A stretch of 63,374 bases of DNA, the filler included, from Reticulomyxa filosa (taxonomy: Eukaryota; Protista; Foraminifera): assembly GCA_000512085.1 (NCBI GenBank). It is 16 parts of 16 records of this genome, joined end to end, with 100 filler letters (N's around TTAATTAATTAA, not from the genome) between each part and the next. Parts side by side here need not be neighbours in the genome. Positions count along the whole stretch, not along the records: positions 8,144 to 30,736 come from ASPP01026239.1; positions 30,837 to 37,322 come from ASPP01044695.1; positions 37,423 to 39,462 come from ASPP01023586.1; positions 39,563 to 40,632 come from ASPP01020242.1; 12 more parts are not named here. One strand, 5' to 3'. Each line of letters begins with the position of its first letter. The stretch's first letter is position 1. A program made the position numbers and the translations under genes. This document shows, in pieces, positions 25,193 to 39,616 of this stretch. The notes below the pieces were generated by a model. The model was not told the origin of the DNA. It was given only the letters and a program-made list of their open reading frames with translations, and did no database searches.

Positions 25193-26526
25193 GACTACTT
25201 TCAAACTATTCACTCCGAGTTTTTTTTTCCATTCATTCTTCTTCTTTCGTTTTTGTGTGTATGCTAGTCATCGTCGTCCGTTGGTTTGTTCTTTTTTTTT
25301 TTCTCCAACAAGGAGAAAAAACAAAAATAAATTGACAAAAATCTAACAGTGTTTTTTTTGTAAATATAAAAAATTGGGGATAAAAAAAGAAAACAGCTTT
25401 TTTGGCACTGTCTTGACTTTCAAAATTTAGGTTTGTTGGGTTTTTCTGATTATCCCCGAATTCGATTAAAAGGCTCTTGTTTGCTGACAAGCTTTTCTGA
25501 ATCGTAACAACTTACAAAAACAATTTTCTTTTTAAGATACTTATCACTAGCACGTAGCTCTTTACTTGAATTTTGATAGTGAGATATTTTTTTTTTAAAA
25601 GAGTGGACATGATATGCTCAAGATACCTCTCTTTAAAAATTACAAAGCCAATCAATGAAGACCACAAAACGTATTTTAAACAAAGAAAACAAGAAAAACA
25701 CACAAGTGTCTCCATCTCACAACCTAGATAAACAAACAACAACGTCCCACTTGTTGTAGAAGCCGCCAGCAAAAACAACAAAGCACACCAAATACATAAA
25801 GCGACATCAAGGAAGTACAACAAAAACTTTTATGCTCTCTTGCAACTTTTTTTCTTGTTATACTTGTCACCAAACAAAGGCACTGTTTCTTTTCATCAAA
25901 TAAACTAAAGAAAAAATTACTTCTTTTGGGGCGTATAAAAATAACAAAAGGAGAGTAAGGCAGCAGGGGAAGGAAACAAATAAATAATAAATAATGGAAA
26001 TATTTTATGCACAACAAAGTTTTTTGGGAAAACACAATGAAATAAATAAAAACAACATTTAAACCACGTACTAAAAAATTGGAATAATTAAATAACATCA
26101 ACATTCTTGTTCACAACACGTTTTAAAAAAACAAAACATTTATTTTTACACAATTAGTGCACACTTTTTTTTTGTGTGTAATTTTTTGTTCGTTTTCCAA
26201 ATAATAAAAAGGATGAAAACAATGAGTAAGATCAACAGTGACAACAAATAAAAATTTACCTCACACTATTTCATACTTGGCAATGTGTATTGTTTCAAAC
26301 ACTCAAATAGTTTTTACACATTAAAAAAAGCAAAGTGCCAATTAAAACTATTACACATAAAAAAATATCTGTTTTTGACACGTGGTATGTGTGGAGAATT
26401 TATTTTTGCTTGTGTTTTTTTGAAGTTTTGGCTCCAAATCGATCTTTACTATTTTTTTCCCCTCCATTGTTTAAGATTACAAAAAAAACGGTGGGAAAAA
26501 AAGAGAAAAAAAAGAAAAGAAAAAGG

Positions 26527-27774
26527 TCAAGGCATAAAATAATCCAGGTTCGACTGCTGTTGAATAATGTGTGGCAGCAAGGATGTCAATTGTTGTAATT
26601 GTTGAATGACGTGCTGAATTGAGGGTCTTTCCCGAAGTTTTATCGATTTCACAAAAACGTTGGACAGTATATCACCAAACACCAGGCAAGCGTTTCTCTC
26701 GGCCCACGAGTCACCCACCGATATGATATGATAATGTTTCGCTTCTTTGTGTTGCACAAACTTGTCCGCGCATTCTCTGCCCTTCTCTTTCACTTCCTCT
26801 CTTTTTTTTAGAGGCTCAAACAGGCACACGTTAAAAAAAAATTCACTGCACATTTTTACGCACAAAAAAAAAATTATATAAATATTGATATATTTTTTGA
26901 AAAATACTCTTAACTCATCCACATATTTGTTGTGTTGCATCGAAAGGAGAGACACCGAGCTCAGACTCTCCATCAATTGGTCCTTGGTCTTGTCACATTG
27001 CATTTTCGTATGCACCGCCAACGACACATTTTCTTTGTCGCTTTCAATACTCTTCAAAATGTTTCGCTCAAGACCGCTACTACTTTTCGTCTATTACACA
27101 AAAAACATTATATGTATGTATACACATATACATATATGTATATATAATACATGGAGCAGTTGCAGGTGCAATAGATATGACTGCATGTGAATCTTCATGA
27201 CATGCTTCAAGTTTTCGGCATCCAAGCAGGGCAACGTGGCCTTCCAGCACTTTTGCATGATATAGTGCATGCAGCGATGCTTCCATTGAAAGGCTTGGGG
27301 ATACTTGGCTTCGAACATCGAACGTGCGGACAGGATGTGCAAGCGCTTGAGCAAGCGCACAGATTGCGGCAAAAAACGCAGGGCGCTCAGTTCCACCCAA
27401 CCTTTTTTTGCGTTGGTCATCACAATAACATTGTCGCAGGAAAGCTCGTCAATGGCAACGGTCAGCAATCGGCACACCTGAGCTTCCAACACAGACAATT
27501 CCACGGGTAAACCCTTGTCCGCATTGTCGGCTTTGTATCCCAAATGCTCCAAATAATCGCTTGGCAGAATTGTGTTGTCCCAATCGAGTATCAGAATTTT
27601 GTGTGTTTTTTGTTCCCTTGCTTTTGGGGTTTCGGACATACTTGTGTTGGTTCTCTCAACAACGTTTCTGCTCATGTTTTTCATATTCGCTACGTCGGCC
27701 AATTTGTTTCCCATATCTATCTTTACATCCGTTCCGTCAATGTCACTTATCTCATTTTTTGCATACGATGTCAT
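26527..27774 (-). CDS. HAD-superfamily hydrolase of the protist DWDxT type (multi-exon)
   Basis: Motif I ILILDWDNTILPS, motif II VIVMTNAKKGWVELSA, SARSMFE...WK, motif IV IISVGDSWAER and KSIKLRERP, interrupted by AT-rich introns. Confidence 0.8.
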
Positions 27775-28820
27775 CGCACCTATCCCTCACACGCACACAT
27801 GTTTGCTTTTTGTTGTATATGTCTACATAAACATATAGTCATCCAAACAAAAACACTTTTGTATGCGAAATGCACCAATACATCTTTTTTGCTCAAAACA
27901 TTTTTTGGGGTGGAAAAAAACAACGTTTCAAACTTTGTTCTCACATAAAATGAAGTACATTACCTTCAAAATGAATCACTAGAGTATAAAAAAAACCAAG
28001 CAAATGTTCTACAACAAGTTGAGAAGGCGTAGTTGCAACCGTAAGTTACACGCCAAAAAAATTTTTTGTTGTTGCTTTAAAAAAGTGTTTTGAAAGACTT
28101 CGACCAGATCCACGTAGTTACAAGTCTCCGGCTTTTTTAAATAAAAGACGCAAAAAATAAATAAATTAGTGTACAATGAAAAGATAACATTTGTTTGGCA
28201 TTTAATCGGATAAAGACTTTGCTCATTGTTTTAATCTACAATCTGTTGTTTGATATCCCTGATATCTAAAACAAAGTGTGATCAATGAAACTTCTTACTT
28301 GAATTGATATTTAAATATTTTTTAACGTTAAATTTAAAAAAGATTGCTGAGAAATTCTTTTAAAAAGCTTAAAAAAGATCAAAGTCATTTAAATCATTCT
28401 CAGGAATAAGCTGTTTAGCAAAAGTGACGCTATAAATTTGTTTTTGTTTCTTTTTTGGTGTTGCAGGTCAACATTAAATTTTGTTTGTTTCTTTTAATTG
28501 AGGAAAAAACATTTAACTTCATAAAAACTACTTAAAACAACTATAAAAGTTGTCTTAAACAAGGTTATCAAATGTATATCATTTCTTTGAAACAGATAAC
28601 ATGATACACAATAAAATTTATTTCGGTAATTATTAATTTTTTGTTCGAGTTGATAAAATCGAGTGGAATAGTGATTTAAGTAAGTATATCTTATTAGGTA
28701 AGAATAACCTAGTAGGTATTTTCCAAAAAACTTTTTTAAAAACCGCAAAAAACAATACCTGTACAAAAGTGTATGTGTTTATTTAAAAAAAAAAAGGGGT
28801 AAGCAGATAGAATAATAGAA

Positions 28821-30736
28821 ATGACCGAGTATCTCTATGAGACGACAGCCTTGGAAGATGGGCCAGAAGAAGAAGGAGGGGAGGACGGAGAAGAAGGTGA
28901 CGTGGAAGATGCACGTCAAACAGAATATGAAATAAACAGCGACGCGACAACCAGCACAGGAAGTGAGACACCAAGTCAAGGACGGGAAGATGTCCTCCGA
29001 AGTGGGAGTTTCAAAGAAAAAGGGGGATATGATCTGAAAGGCTTTGACGGAAGAATGATGAGAGCAGCGTCTCATTCATACTGCATGTCGAGTGCAAGCC
29101 TATCTAGTTGGTTTTTTACTTGTTTGTTTGTTTGATTGTATGGATCATTTCCTAATCCCATTCTCGTTCATCGTTCAAAGGATCACCCTTCCCCTCCCAA
29201 AAAAAAAAATATATGTATATGTACATATAAACAAAAGTGGGAAGTGAATCGAAAAAAAAGAGAGCATTGGTTCGAATAAAACCCGGGAAAAATGGAATAA
29301 AGCAAAATCAAACCAATCGACGTGGCAGTGGAGTGCCGAATGAATCAGTGCAAATAACAAACTTGCGCCGAGCGGACGAGGAATACCTGCGACCATTGCC
29401 GACGATGGAAGGGGAGTTTAGGTGGGTCGTACTGCATGTGAAAGACCTATCATTGATTAGTCATCATCATGGCAATAGTCAATCACTCTTCGAGTCCATC
29501 AGTCAATGCATTCTCCAAGTTAGTCAGGCTCATATCTTATTATTACAAATGAAAGACCTGTTGTTGTGTCTATCCCACAGTGGTAGCAAAGCACCCATCA
29601 CAGATCGCACTTACCTGAGTTTTTGCATCGACCATATCAAAAGATACTTTGGACTGGTGCGTTATTGTGTTGCATGTTGACTGCATGCTTATATTATTTA
29701 TATTGGCATATAATACATGTATATAATATATAATATATATACATATATATGTATATATGTATGTATATATATATATGTGTATATGTATATGTATATTAGA
29801 ATGTGCCAGTACACACAGTGGGTGAATCATTGCAACACAAAGACATTGGGGAAATATTGGAATCATATCGTGATGTAAAAATATTGGAGGCACACGAACA
29901 GATTCGTGTGAAAAATGTGAAATATGAGTCGACACGCAAAGTTAAAAAATCTGTGAATCAATGGGAGTTATTGTTAAATGATGCAAAATTGCTAAAAGTG
30001 ATATCCACAATTCGTAAAACAACAACAAAATCAGCAGCGGCGATGGCCACTATTGGCGAGGAAGATATTGAGATAGAGAACACAAATTCAGAGCCAAAAG
30101 AAAAAGAAAAGAAAAAGAGGAGAGACAAATAGAGCATGAAAAAGAAGAAGAGTTGGAAATGAATGAACAAAAAAAAAGGATATAACTGCAACAGCATTGG
30201 ATTGGGCGATCTTTCAATTTGAATCAGTCCGCCGAGGAGTCAAAAAGATGACAGTGGAGCATTGTGGGTTTGGTGGTATTGTTACATTGGGCTCTCATTT
30301 GAAAAAGATGAATCAACTTCGTTATTGCATGTTAAACTTTCAATACGGACATATCGCAAAGCGCAAGAAATTGCTTTTGATCATTTGGACAGGTGGTCAG
30401 ACCATGGAACAAGCGGAATTGATTGCCATGTTTCGACATAAAAAAAATATCGAAGAGATTTTGGGAGTTAAGATTTACCAGCTAACAAATACATATATGT
30501 GTATATGTATATGTATATGTTGATGATATGACATAAACTTACCCAAATATTCTGTGTGGTATGAAAGACGAGTAAAAGCTTAACGATCAGTTCGTCAACG
30601 AGGCTGAAGCGGTCGATGATTTTATCGCAGCTGGCCAGAGAGGGCTTGTTACCGGAGATATTGATTCGAGTGGTGGTAAAGACTGACGATGACGACGACG
30701 ATGACAATAACAATAGTAGCAAGGACAATGCAAAGC
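28821..30736 (+). CDS. ADF-H (coactosin/cofilin-like) domain protein, multi-exon, 3' partial
   Basis: DWAIFQFE...GFGGI..L...L...QLRYCML......KRKKLLLIIWTG......RHKKNIEEILG fits ADF-H. A more degenerate copy may lie at 29410-29660. The N-terminus is acidic. Confidence 0.6.
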
Positions 30737-32049
30737 NNNNNNNNNNNNNNNNNNNNNNNNNNNNNNNNNNNNNNNNNNNNTTAATTAATTAANNNNNNNN
30801 NNNNNNNNNNNNNNNNNNNNNNNNNNNNNNNNNNNNATTGTCATTTTCTTCGCTGTAACATCATCATTTTAGAAAGGAAAGACAATCCAAAAAAAATAGT
30901 CAAAACAGCACAATTTACTTCAAAAGAAAGATTAAAACTAGAAAAAAGAAAAACAATTTTGTTTCAAAATTAATCCTTAAACTTTACAAACAAGTATTGT
31001 AATGACACTATATTTTGAAGAGGAAATGTAGATGCCAACGAATTAAAAAATTTGCTGTATGTGTTTCTATTGCAAAGTCGAAAAGCACTCTTTTCGTCAA
31101 GTACCTTTTTTTAAAAAAGGGAAATTCAAAGTTCAAATAAAAATTAGGTGAATATATTACTAAAAAAAGAAGAAAGAAGCAACCTTGAAAAGCGGCTATA
31201 ATGTGGTGTTTGCTGTATGGAGCGAAAAACCATATGAAATTAAAACATAAACAGTTGACAGAAATGGCCAAAAACACGTCAGCGTCAATGACAATGGTAA
31301 TAACAGAACGACAACAAGGACAATAAAGACACTGCCTGGACAATGACGTGGAACGAAATACGGACATTGACAGTCATACTTGCCGTTGAAGAAGTGCTAC
31401 TCAGAATCCTCTTGTTTGATCCATTTGCGCAATTCTTTTTATTATCATTGCGATGGCAATATTAAAGATTTGGAGCCAGTGTAAGGAACCGAGATGAGCA
31501 AATGGAAAATGGAGCCTCTTGAATGGATATAAAGAGAATAGTGGAATTGATTTTTGACATTGACTGTACTGACACAATAGTGTACTGATTGAAGCTGTGC
31601 AAAAACAAACAAACAAAAAACTTGAGTGGGATGATACACGAGAATATATACAAAGATCGGTGCAATGCATTGAAATCCGGGTACTTGATTGTTATCGATC
31701 CAAACGGATGTGGACATTACCAAAACTTTCCTCAAATGCTCTCATTGTGCATAGACAACAAAAGAAAGACGACAAGTCATACCTTTGTCTCCATTTGCCA
31801 AATACTGAAAAGTATTGGATGCAACAGTCGTTCAATTTCATAGAGAAGCATGGATTTATTCGTTTTGACTATTTCGCTGCAAGGTTCACAATGATGGCAA
31901 TAAACGGGACAATCAATATCAAAACCAGAGCCACTCCGAAAATATACGTAAAAGTGGGAATACGTATTACAAACTTTTTTTTTTTTAAAGACACGATAAA
32001 TTGGAAAACTTCACTAATCTTTTCCTTAAAGCAATTGCAATGCAATTGA

Positions 32050-34320
32050 ATGCAAGCCAAAAGCATTTGGACGATGTTTTCAAATGTTTGAGTGGATTAA
32101 AAGATGAAGCTGATTATGTTTGTGCATTATGTGAAAGATAATCTGAGACCATTTCAACAAAATTGAATAATAAACCATTTGAGAGAGTTTTCAGTGCTTT
32201 CATTAATGCGTTAAAAGATAAAAAAATTTATAATGCAAGGTCACTTGGAATAATTACAACAAAAGCGAACGCGAAACAGTTGGGTGTGAGTTTCAATGTC
32301 TTGACAAATAGTTTAAAAGATAAAAGATGGAAATATTCGTAACTCATGTGCAAACTCACTTGAAATAATTTCAACAAAATTGAATGAGAAAAAATTGGAA
32401 ACTGTGTTAATACTTTGATAAATGGAATAAAAGATGAAAATGCAGATATTCATAAATCAGGCATAAAAAAATCACTTGAAACAGTTTCAACGAAACGAGT
32501 GAGAAACAGTTGGAAGGGGTTTTCAATGTTCTTATTAATGGATTCAAAGATAAAGATTACCATATTCGTAGTTCATATACAGAAGCACTTAGGAGAATTA
32601 GCAGCAAAAGTGAATGAGAAATAATTGGAAATGATATTTAATAAATTAATGAATGGAAGATAGAGATGAACATGCTTGCAAAATTACTTGGAACAATTTC
32701 AGCAGAATTGGCTGATAAACAACTGGAAGAAATTTTCAATGCTTGTATTGGAATCGTTTTAGATTATGTGTAGAAGCACTTGAAGCAATTCAGGACAATG
32801 GAATAAATTGCTGTGTTTTTGACGCTTTGATGTTTATTCTCAAGCTTTCGATAGACACAAATAACAACATGGATAAACAATTGATGGAAGCATTTAAAAG
32901 GATATCAAAGAAAGTAAACAAATAATTGTATTTCTTGATGATACATTTGTCGAAAATCGCAAATATATATGTGTATATGTACATGGGAGGCATTCACAAA
33001 AATCTCAGAAGATATGCAATAATCGGTGGATTGAAAGAGAATATTCAAATGGAGCATACAAAAGAAAAGGAAAAAGCATTAATGAGCAAAGTAATTGTAT
33101 TTGGAAAGCAATCAAAGACATAGACAAGATATTATTGGTATTTGGTTTGATGATATTTGACCATCGTATTCAATTGAATTGCAATGATGATCATATCAAT
33201 GTGGATAATTTGAATGAGTTTATAAAATATTGTGGGGAATAGGCCATTGAATGGAAATTTCCAATTCATCAATCAAAATGGAATGACGACAGTAATATTC
33301 CATGATCATTGTCTAAAAAATTGAAGAAGTTTCTAATAATGAAAATGTATACAAGTAACTTTACGCTGCTGTTCACGAAGTAAGTAAAGTCTGTATACTT
33401 GTCACAATTTAAATTGATATTGCAAGATTGCAAATTGCATAAATGATTTATGTGATGAATATTGACAAACCCCCATTGCATTTGGCAATTAACTATCGAT
33501 GCTGGAATATTGCCCGTTATTATATTGAACAAGGTGCAATACATTGATGTCAATGCGCCCATGAGAATCTCTTTTGAAAAAGTCATGGAATTGGCTTGGG
33601 AACACAAAAAGGATCAAGATAACAAAAAATATATTCAGACGCAAAGTAAGTGGGTAAATTGACGTTAAAAAAAAAAAACAAACTCTATATCCAATGAAAG
33701 GATGATTATGTGAAAAGACAAATTGATTGATAAAGATGGTGCAATCAAAATCATTGATGACAAAAAAATTTTAAACGTATTGGATCAGAAAGGGTTAAAA
33801 GAAATATTAAGCAAATATAGTCTAGTGTATTGTGCCATCAGTTCATTAAAGTGGAAAATTCAAGAAAAAAATATCACTGAAGAAGGTAATCCATCCTTTT
33901 TTTTTAATCTCTGGAATATTTTTATTGTTTAAAATATGTACTGAATTAAAAATGGAAAAGGCAAATCAGATGCAATTACCCATGTGGTATAACATTCAGA
34001 CACGCCTATGAAAAAGGAGTGAAAGAGTTGCACGTTCAATTGACAATTTATTGGGATTATATTGCAGTTGAAGAGCTTAAAAACAAGTGTCCAGGTTTTA
34101 TGAGTGATTGGAGTTGCAACCATGGAATAAAATGAGTTTGGTGATTGTTCATAGAGATCATTGTATTATTTAAGCTTGTATAAAATATTGGACTCTATTT
34201 TGGTACGATTGGGTAATTAATGGACTTCAAATCAAATGGTTCAAATATTGATAAAAACAAAGAAGGATTGAAGAAATACATTAAAAAAGCAACCAAATTG
34301 AAAGATAAAGTTAGCTATGA
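32050..34320 (+). pseudogene. Decayed HEAT-repeat + ankyrin gene (paralog of 62174-63374)
   Basis: Collinear nucleotide similarity to 62174-63374 (e.g. ggattaaaagatgaa, accatttcaacaaaattgaat, agagttttcagtgctttcatt, tggtggattgaaaga-like blocks) and an ankyrin PLHLAIN remnant at about 33470. Many stops and frameshifts. Confidence 0.85.
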
Positions 34321-37300
34321 GAGTATGAGCTTTCAATTGTTTCGAAAATATTTTCGTCAATTCTGAGGACGAGAATTTCAACTAAAATGATAGACACTCA
34401 TTTGATGTATTTACACACGTTACACTCTCGTTGATATCACTATCTTTTAATATTTTTGCTTTTTAATATGTTATCTTAAACATTCTTTGTTTTTACTAAT
34501 ATTCCAATTATTTGATTGAAAATATGCAACTAGATTGGGCATAGAAAATGATATAATAATAGATGAAATAGTTTTATCTTTTATTTCATTAAATCATTTA
34601 TTCGCTTTGCGTTTTTAGCAAAATCCACAAAATTGGAACTACTCACTATTCAATTTTTTATTTTTTTCTGTATTTCAATTTATTCACAAACAAAATATTA
34701 TCTCATAGAAAAGGAAAACAGCCAACGAAACGATATAACAACCAATTATTGCAAATATCGTCAATATTTATTTGTATCATTTGTTACAATGCATTTCAGA
34801 AATACTGTTGAAAAAAAGATTGTATATAAAATAATTTGAAATAAAATATAAAACAAGAAATCAATTGAAATCCACAATCATATTGCTAAATTATGAATAT
34901 AACAATAAATACTTTATTTAACATATTTTTTTAATTTTGAGATTAAGTTTTTTTTAATTATTTAAGTACGATTGAAAGTTTGCACTATTTAAAAATTGTG
35001 CAAAAAATTTTATTATTTATACAAAGTGGCTATGTTCGAAAATAAACACATGAACAACACTTTTTTATTCAATAAATTTATTATTCTTTTGTTTTAGATA
35101 AAATTATCTTTTGAAACAAAGCTTGAATGTTTAATACGAACAAATTGAACATTGCAATCTTAATTTATTTATTCATTCAATGAAATTTAATTTCATATGT
35201 TCAGAAAGAAGCATATGCAAGACACATTTTTAAGTTGTATGTTTTTAAAGTCAACTAATCCTGAAAGAATTGCGTGCAAAAATGACTTTTAAAAAAGATT
35301 GTGAAATGAACTATATAAATGACCACATTTGCCAAGCTGTCTCTTCTCACTTTCTAGTTGTATCAATTTAGTTGTGTCATATTATTTGACGTCATAAAAA
35401 AACCGTATAATTTTGAAATCTTGCTTTGCTTGCTTCTAGCATTGTCTTTCATCAATAAGATATAATGTGAACATGACAAAACAGGATTTTAGAAAAGAAT
35501 TAAAGAAAAATATCATTCTTTATCAAAAAAATGTACAATTTCAAGAAAGAGAGGATAATGAAGGCATCAATACATGAGTGCCAACATTTTCTTTTGTTCG
35601 TGTTTAATTGCTTTTTCTGCTTGATTGTTGTGCAAAAATTAAAATTTTTTGGAGTGATTTTTTAGGGTTTTGATAATAACATACTGCGATTTGCCGTCCC
35701 TTGAAGAAAGAAAAGGTTACATTTTGTATCAAAGTACAGTTTCCTTTATCAAGATCGTACTCTTAGATGAAAGAAGTGCTTTTTGTTCAAGTTGAAACCT
35801 GTTCGTCTACTTGAAAAACTAGAGTTCATATTTGACCTCCTTTTTTTTGTGGTGGAATGCCTTTATTCTTACATTTATTTTAGGCAATTGCAACTATAGC
35901 TAACACTGAAAAAACTTTCAAATCACGAACAATCAAAGCTCAGTTTTGCCAACGAACTGACATATTGTGACATCTTTGATTTGATTTCTCACTGTCACAT
36001 TCTTAGTTTTGTTTTTTTTAAAAAAAAAATGCATCATCGATATCTTGTCAGTAGTGTATTGAAACAGTTCATTTTATTTAGTGAAATTGTTCTCATTATG
36101 TTACTCTTGTAAATGATATCAAAGGTAATGTTAGTGCTCTTTCACTTCTGCAAGCAAATGTTTTTTTTAACGCAGCTTGGATTATTCTTTCAATTTGTTC
36201 TAAAAACTACCTTCTCTTTTAAATTGTCTAAGTTGGTGCAAAGACAGCGTTTTACTCTTTAACTTAAGTAAGAACATGAAAGAGAAAAAAATAAAAAAAT
36301 AGAACTACCCCTTTTTAGAACGCTTTATTGGTATTTCAAATAAATCCAATAAAATCATTTTATAACAACTTCAAATCTTTTTTAACATTATTTTTGCACA
36401 AAATTCTCTTAGAATTAGTTGACTAAAAAACATATCTAACTATTTAAAAATGTGTCTTGAATGTGCTTATTTCTGAACCTAAGCTTATTTATTTAAAATA
36501 ATAATATATTTATCTGAACGGACGGTATTATTTTCATTTGTGAGCTGAAAAAAGACGTGAATTATCAAAATAAGCAATATTCACAAAAATTGGCTGGAAT
36601 GAATATGTTAATGAAATGAACTATCTTCTTTGTTATTTAAATGAACAATTTCAAATTTGTAATAAGCATCAGACCTTTGTTGCAAAAGACTGTTCTGTCA
36701 AATAAAAAAGTTGTCAAAAAAATTTTTAAAAAGTGTTGTTCATGTACTTATTTTTGAACATATCACACTTTATATATAAATTGTAATTTTGTACAATTTA
36801 AATAAGTGCAACTTTTATTCCCGCTGTAATAATAGAAAAAACTTATGTCAAAAAAATCATTACATAATTTCAAATAACTTATCCTTTATGTCATTTCATA
36901 TAACAAATTGATATGCCAACATAATTAATAACGCATTTGTCACAATAAATTTGACTCTTTCATCAAATATTTACAATATGATAAGAAAAAAAGAAACAGC
37001 AGAAATTCTCAATAATATCGAAGATTCTACAAGTATAAACATTATCAAATGATGATGCACAAGTGACATTAGAATTCATTGCAATCACTTTGCAAATTTT
37101 TTTGTGATTTTTCAAATGTAGTAAAGATATGCTCATTTGTTTGTTCTTCATGTGGAGAGTGGAAGAGAAGACCAAACAAATGAACTCTTGTTATGCAAAA
37201 CAACGTCCACTGACTGTCAAAAGGCCTTTTCTACAATGAAAAGTAAAGTTGAATGAATGTAATAAGAAGTTACTTTCTAGAGAATTGATGGAAAACAATT

Positions 37301-37589
37301 CCGTTTTGATTAAACCACTTTGNNNNNNNNNNNNNNNNNNNNNNNNNNNNNNNNNNNNNNNNNNNNTTAATTAATTAANNNNNNNNNNNNNNNNNNNNNN
37401 NNNNNNNNNNNNNNNNNNNNNNTTTGAGGCACACTAAAAAAAAAAAGAAAAAAGAGGGGTCGTAAAACTACTAAAACAATAATTTCATAATTTTTTTTTT
37501 TTTAAAATCCCACGCGTCATAGGTTTCGTTAATTGCACCCTCAAAAAAAAAAAACTATTAACGCATACGATTTTTTTGTTTCAAGTTTG

Positions 37590-38777
37590 CTGTCGGCAGA
37601 GTTGTTCTTATGTTCCAGACACGGGAAGAGGTCCAAACAAACAAAAAACACAATGCAAAAAACAGTACTTGTGGTCTCGTGGCGATCCATTACGACACCC
37701 AGTGTGTTGGTATATGGCACACACCGCGGCGTTTTACATCAACAAGGTATGACAATAGTTCAAATCAAGGAGGGAGAGAGAGAGAGAGAGAGAATGAAGT
37801 ATAACCACAAAGGTCATAGCATTAGTTTCATCACAAAACGATACAAACAAAAAAGTACTCTTTGTTTTTGTTTGTGTCAAGTCTGTTGGGTTTTGTTGTC
37901 ATAACATGCTTGACTTTTTATTGATAGCTACGTTTGGCTCATTTGGTCGATGCTCCACTAAATGCAACCTTTGAGGCGCGCTTTGCTGTTGGTGTGGACG
38001 AGATGTCATGGGATGACAAATTAGAAGTTTTTTATTTATTTCCTTTTTTTTTTTTTTTTTTAAGATTTTCAATTTTTGTATACTTTCTTCTTTCATAAGC
38101 AAATTTCAACAACAACAACAAAAAAAAAAACACACACATATACACATCATACATAAACTCTGTCCCAACCAACAAAAAATTTTTTTAACTAGTTTCTTTT
38201 TTTTTTCAATTACTTGCTACGTGTCCCCTAATTTTTGTATAACATAGGATCGTGATGATTGGCCCTCACCCAAGGAAATCCGCAATTATCGCTTGCAAGT
38301 TCGCAAGGTGGTGAATGATGTCATTGAAGTTAAGTGCCGCTGTTTGCATAAGGTTTTTTTTTTTTTTTTGGAAAAGGGGGAAAAGGTGTTTCTTCGTAAA
38401 CAGTACCTTTTCAAAACAATGGTAAATTGTCCGTAGGCGCATTGTGTGTTTGACAGAAATTGGATATGACTGTACCCATAACCTGGAACAGCCCGTGGTG
38501 GTGCATACTAATGGGGATCGAGCATTCCCGCATTCATCTGGAGACTTCGTCAATGCTCATTCGTCAAGTGCCCATCGAACGCATCCAAGCCAAAGGCGTA
38601 TGGGCCAATGAATGCAAAAGCGGCATTTTCAGCGACAAGCATTGGAAGCCTAACTTGGGTGCAGTAGGCCATGCGCCTTTAAACAAATTGCTGCCTGTCC
38701 AAGGCAAAAAGGTTTGCTTTTGAAAAACAAATCAAACAAAATAAATAAATGTATACATATATACATATATATGTGCA

Positions 38778-38808
<31 letters not shown>

Positions 38809-39290
38809 ATATTTATTTATAACAATCAAAACGAACGAACAAATGAATAAATGAAATCAGGTGTCGTATGGACGTCAAATTGATTCGAATGAACCGTTAC
38901 CGGTGTACGGTTGGGACAACGAATTTGGTGAGATGGTGGTTGATGTTCCATCGTTTAAGGCGTCCAAGTACCTGGTGTCGAACGAGGAGTACTACGAGTT
39001 TGTGCTGGACAAAGGGTACCAGACGCAGTCGTACTGGACGGAGGAAGGATGGAGATGGGCAACCACGACCAAGTCCACTCATCCCAAGTTTTGGATTCCG
39101 CAAGCCGATGGCGGATGGAAATTGCGCACCATGGTTTCGCAAATCCCGTTGCCGTGGAACTGGCCCGTCGTTTGTAACCATTTGGAGGCTGCCGCTTTCT
39201 GCAAATGGAAAGGCAAGGTGTCTCTCGCAATATCCGATTGCCGACCGAAGATGAATATCAAGTACTTCGCTCACTTGGCGACGTTATGAT
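37590..39290 (+). CDS. ovoA: 5-histidylcysteine sulfoxide synthase (ovothiol biosynthesis), multi-exon, partial
   Basis: Spliced exons give DPLRHPVCWYMAHTAAFYINK, FAVGVDEMSWDD, DWPS..EIRNYR, PITWNSPWWCILMGIEHSRIHLETSSMLIRQ (HX3HXE iron site) and an FGE-like domain (YGWDNEFG, FKASKYLVSN, RLPTEDEY). There is an apparent frameshift at about 39225, and the 5' boundary is approximate. Confidence 0.92.
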
Positions 39291-39616
39291 CTTTCTTTCC
39301 TTAATCACTTTATTATATATACATATATGTATATGTATATATACATGTTTTTTTTTTTTTTAAAAAACTCTGTTTTGTTGCGTATATAATATACATTACT
39401 TAAAAAAAAAAAAAAAGTTACGTAAAGTACTTTGGTCAATATACATATATATGTATGTATGTNNNNNNNNNNNNNNNNNNNNNNNNNNNNNNNNNNNNNN
39501 NNNNNNTTAATTAATTAANNNNNNNNNNNNNNNNNNNNNNNNNNNNNNNNNNNNNNNNNNNNTTTTTTTTTTTTTTTTTTTTTTTTTTTGAAAAAAAAAA
39601 AAAAGATAAACCCCCT

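Noticed and set aside
32050-34320. Stop-codon reassignment as an explanation for in-frame stops
   Set aside because: The stops co-occur with frameshifts and deletions, and intact genes in the window end in TAA, TAG or TGA normally. Pseudogene decay explains them.
34400-37322. Long AT-rich stretch with short ORFs
   Set aside because: No recognisable motifs, repeats or RNA genes. It is probably intergenic or fully eroded pseudogene sequence.
38750-38815. (TA)n/(TATG)n tracts here and in many introns as regulatory hairpins
   Set aside because: These are generic intronic microsatellites seen throughout the window, and their self-complementarity is trivial.
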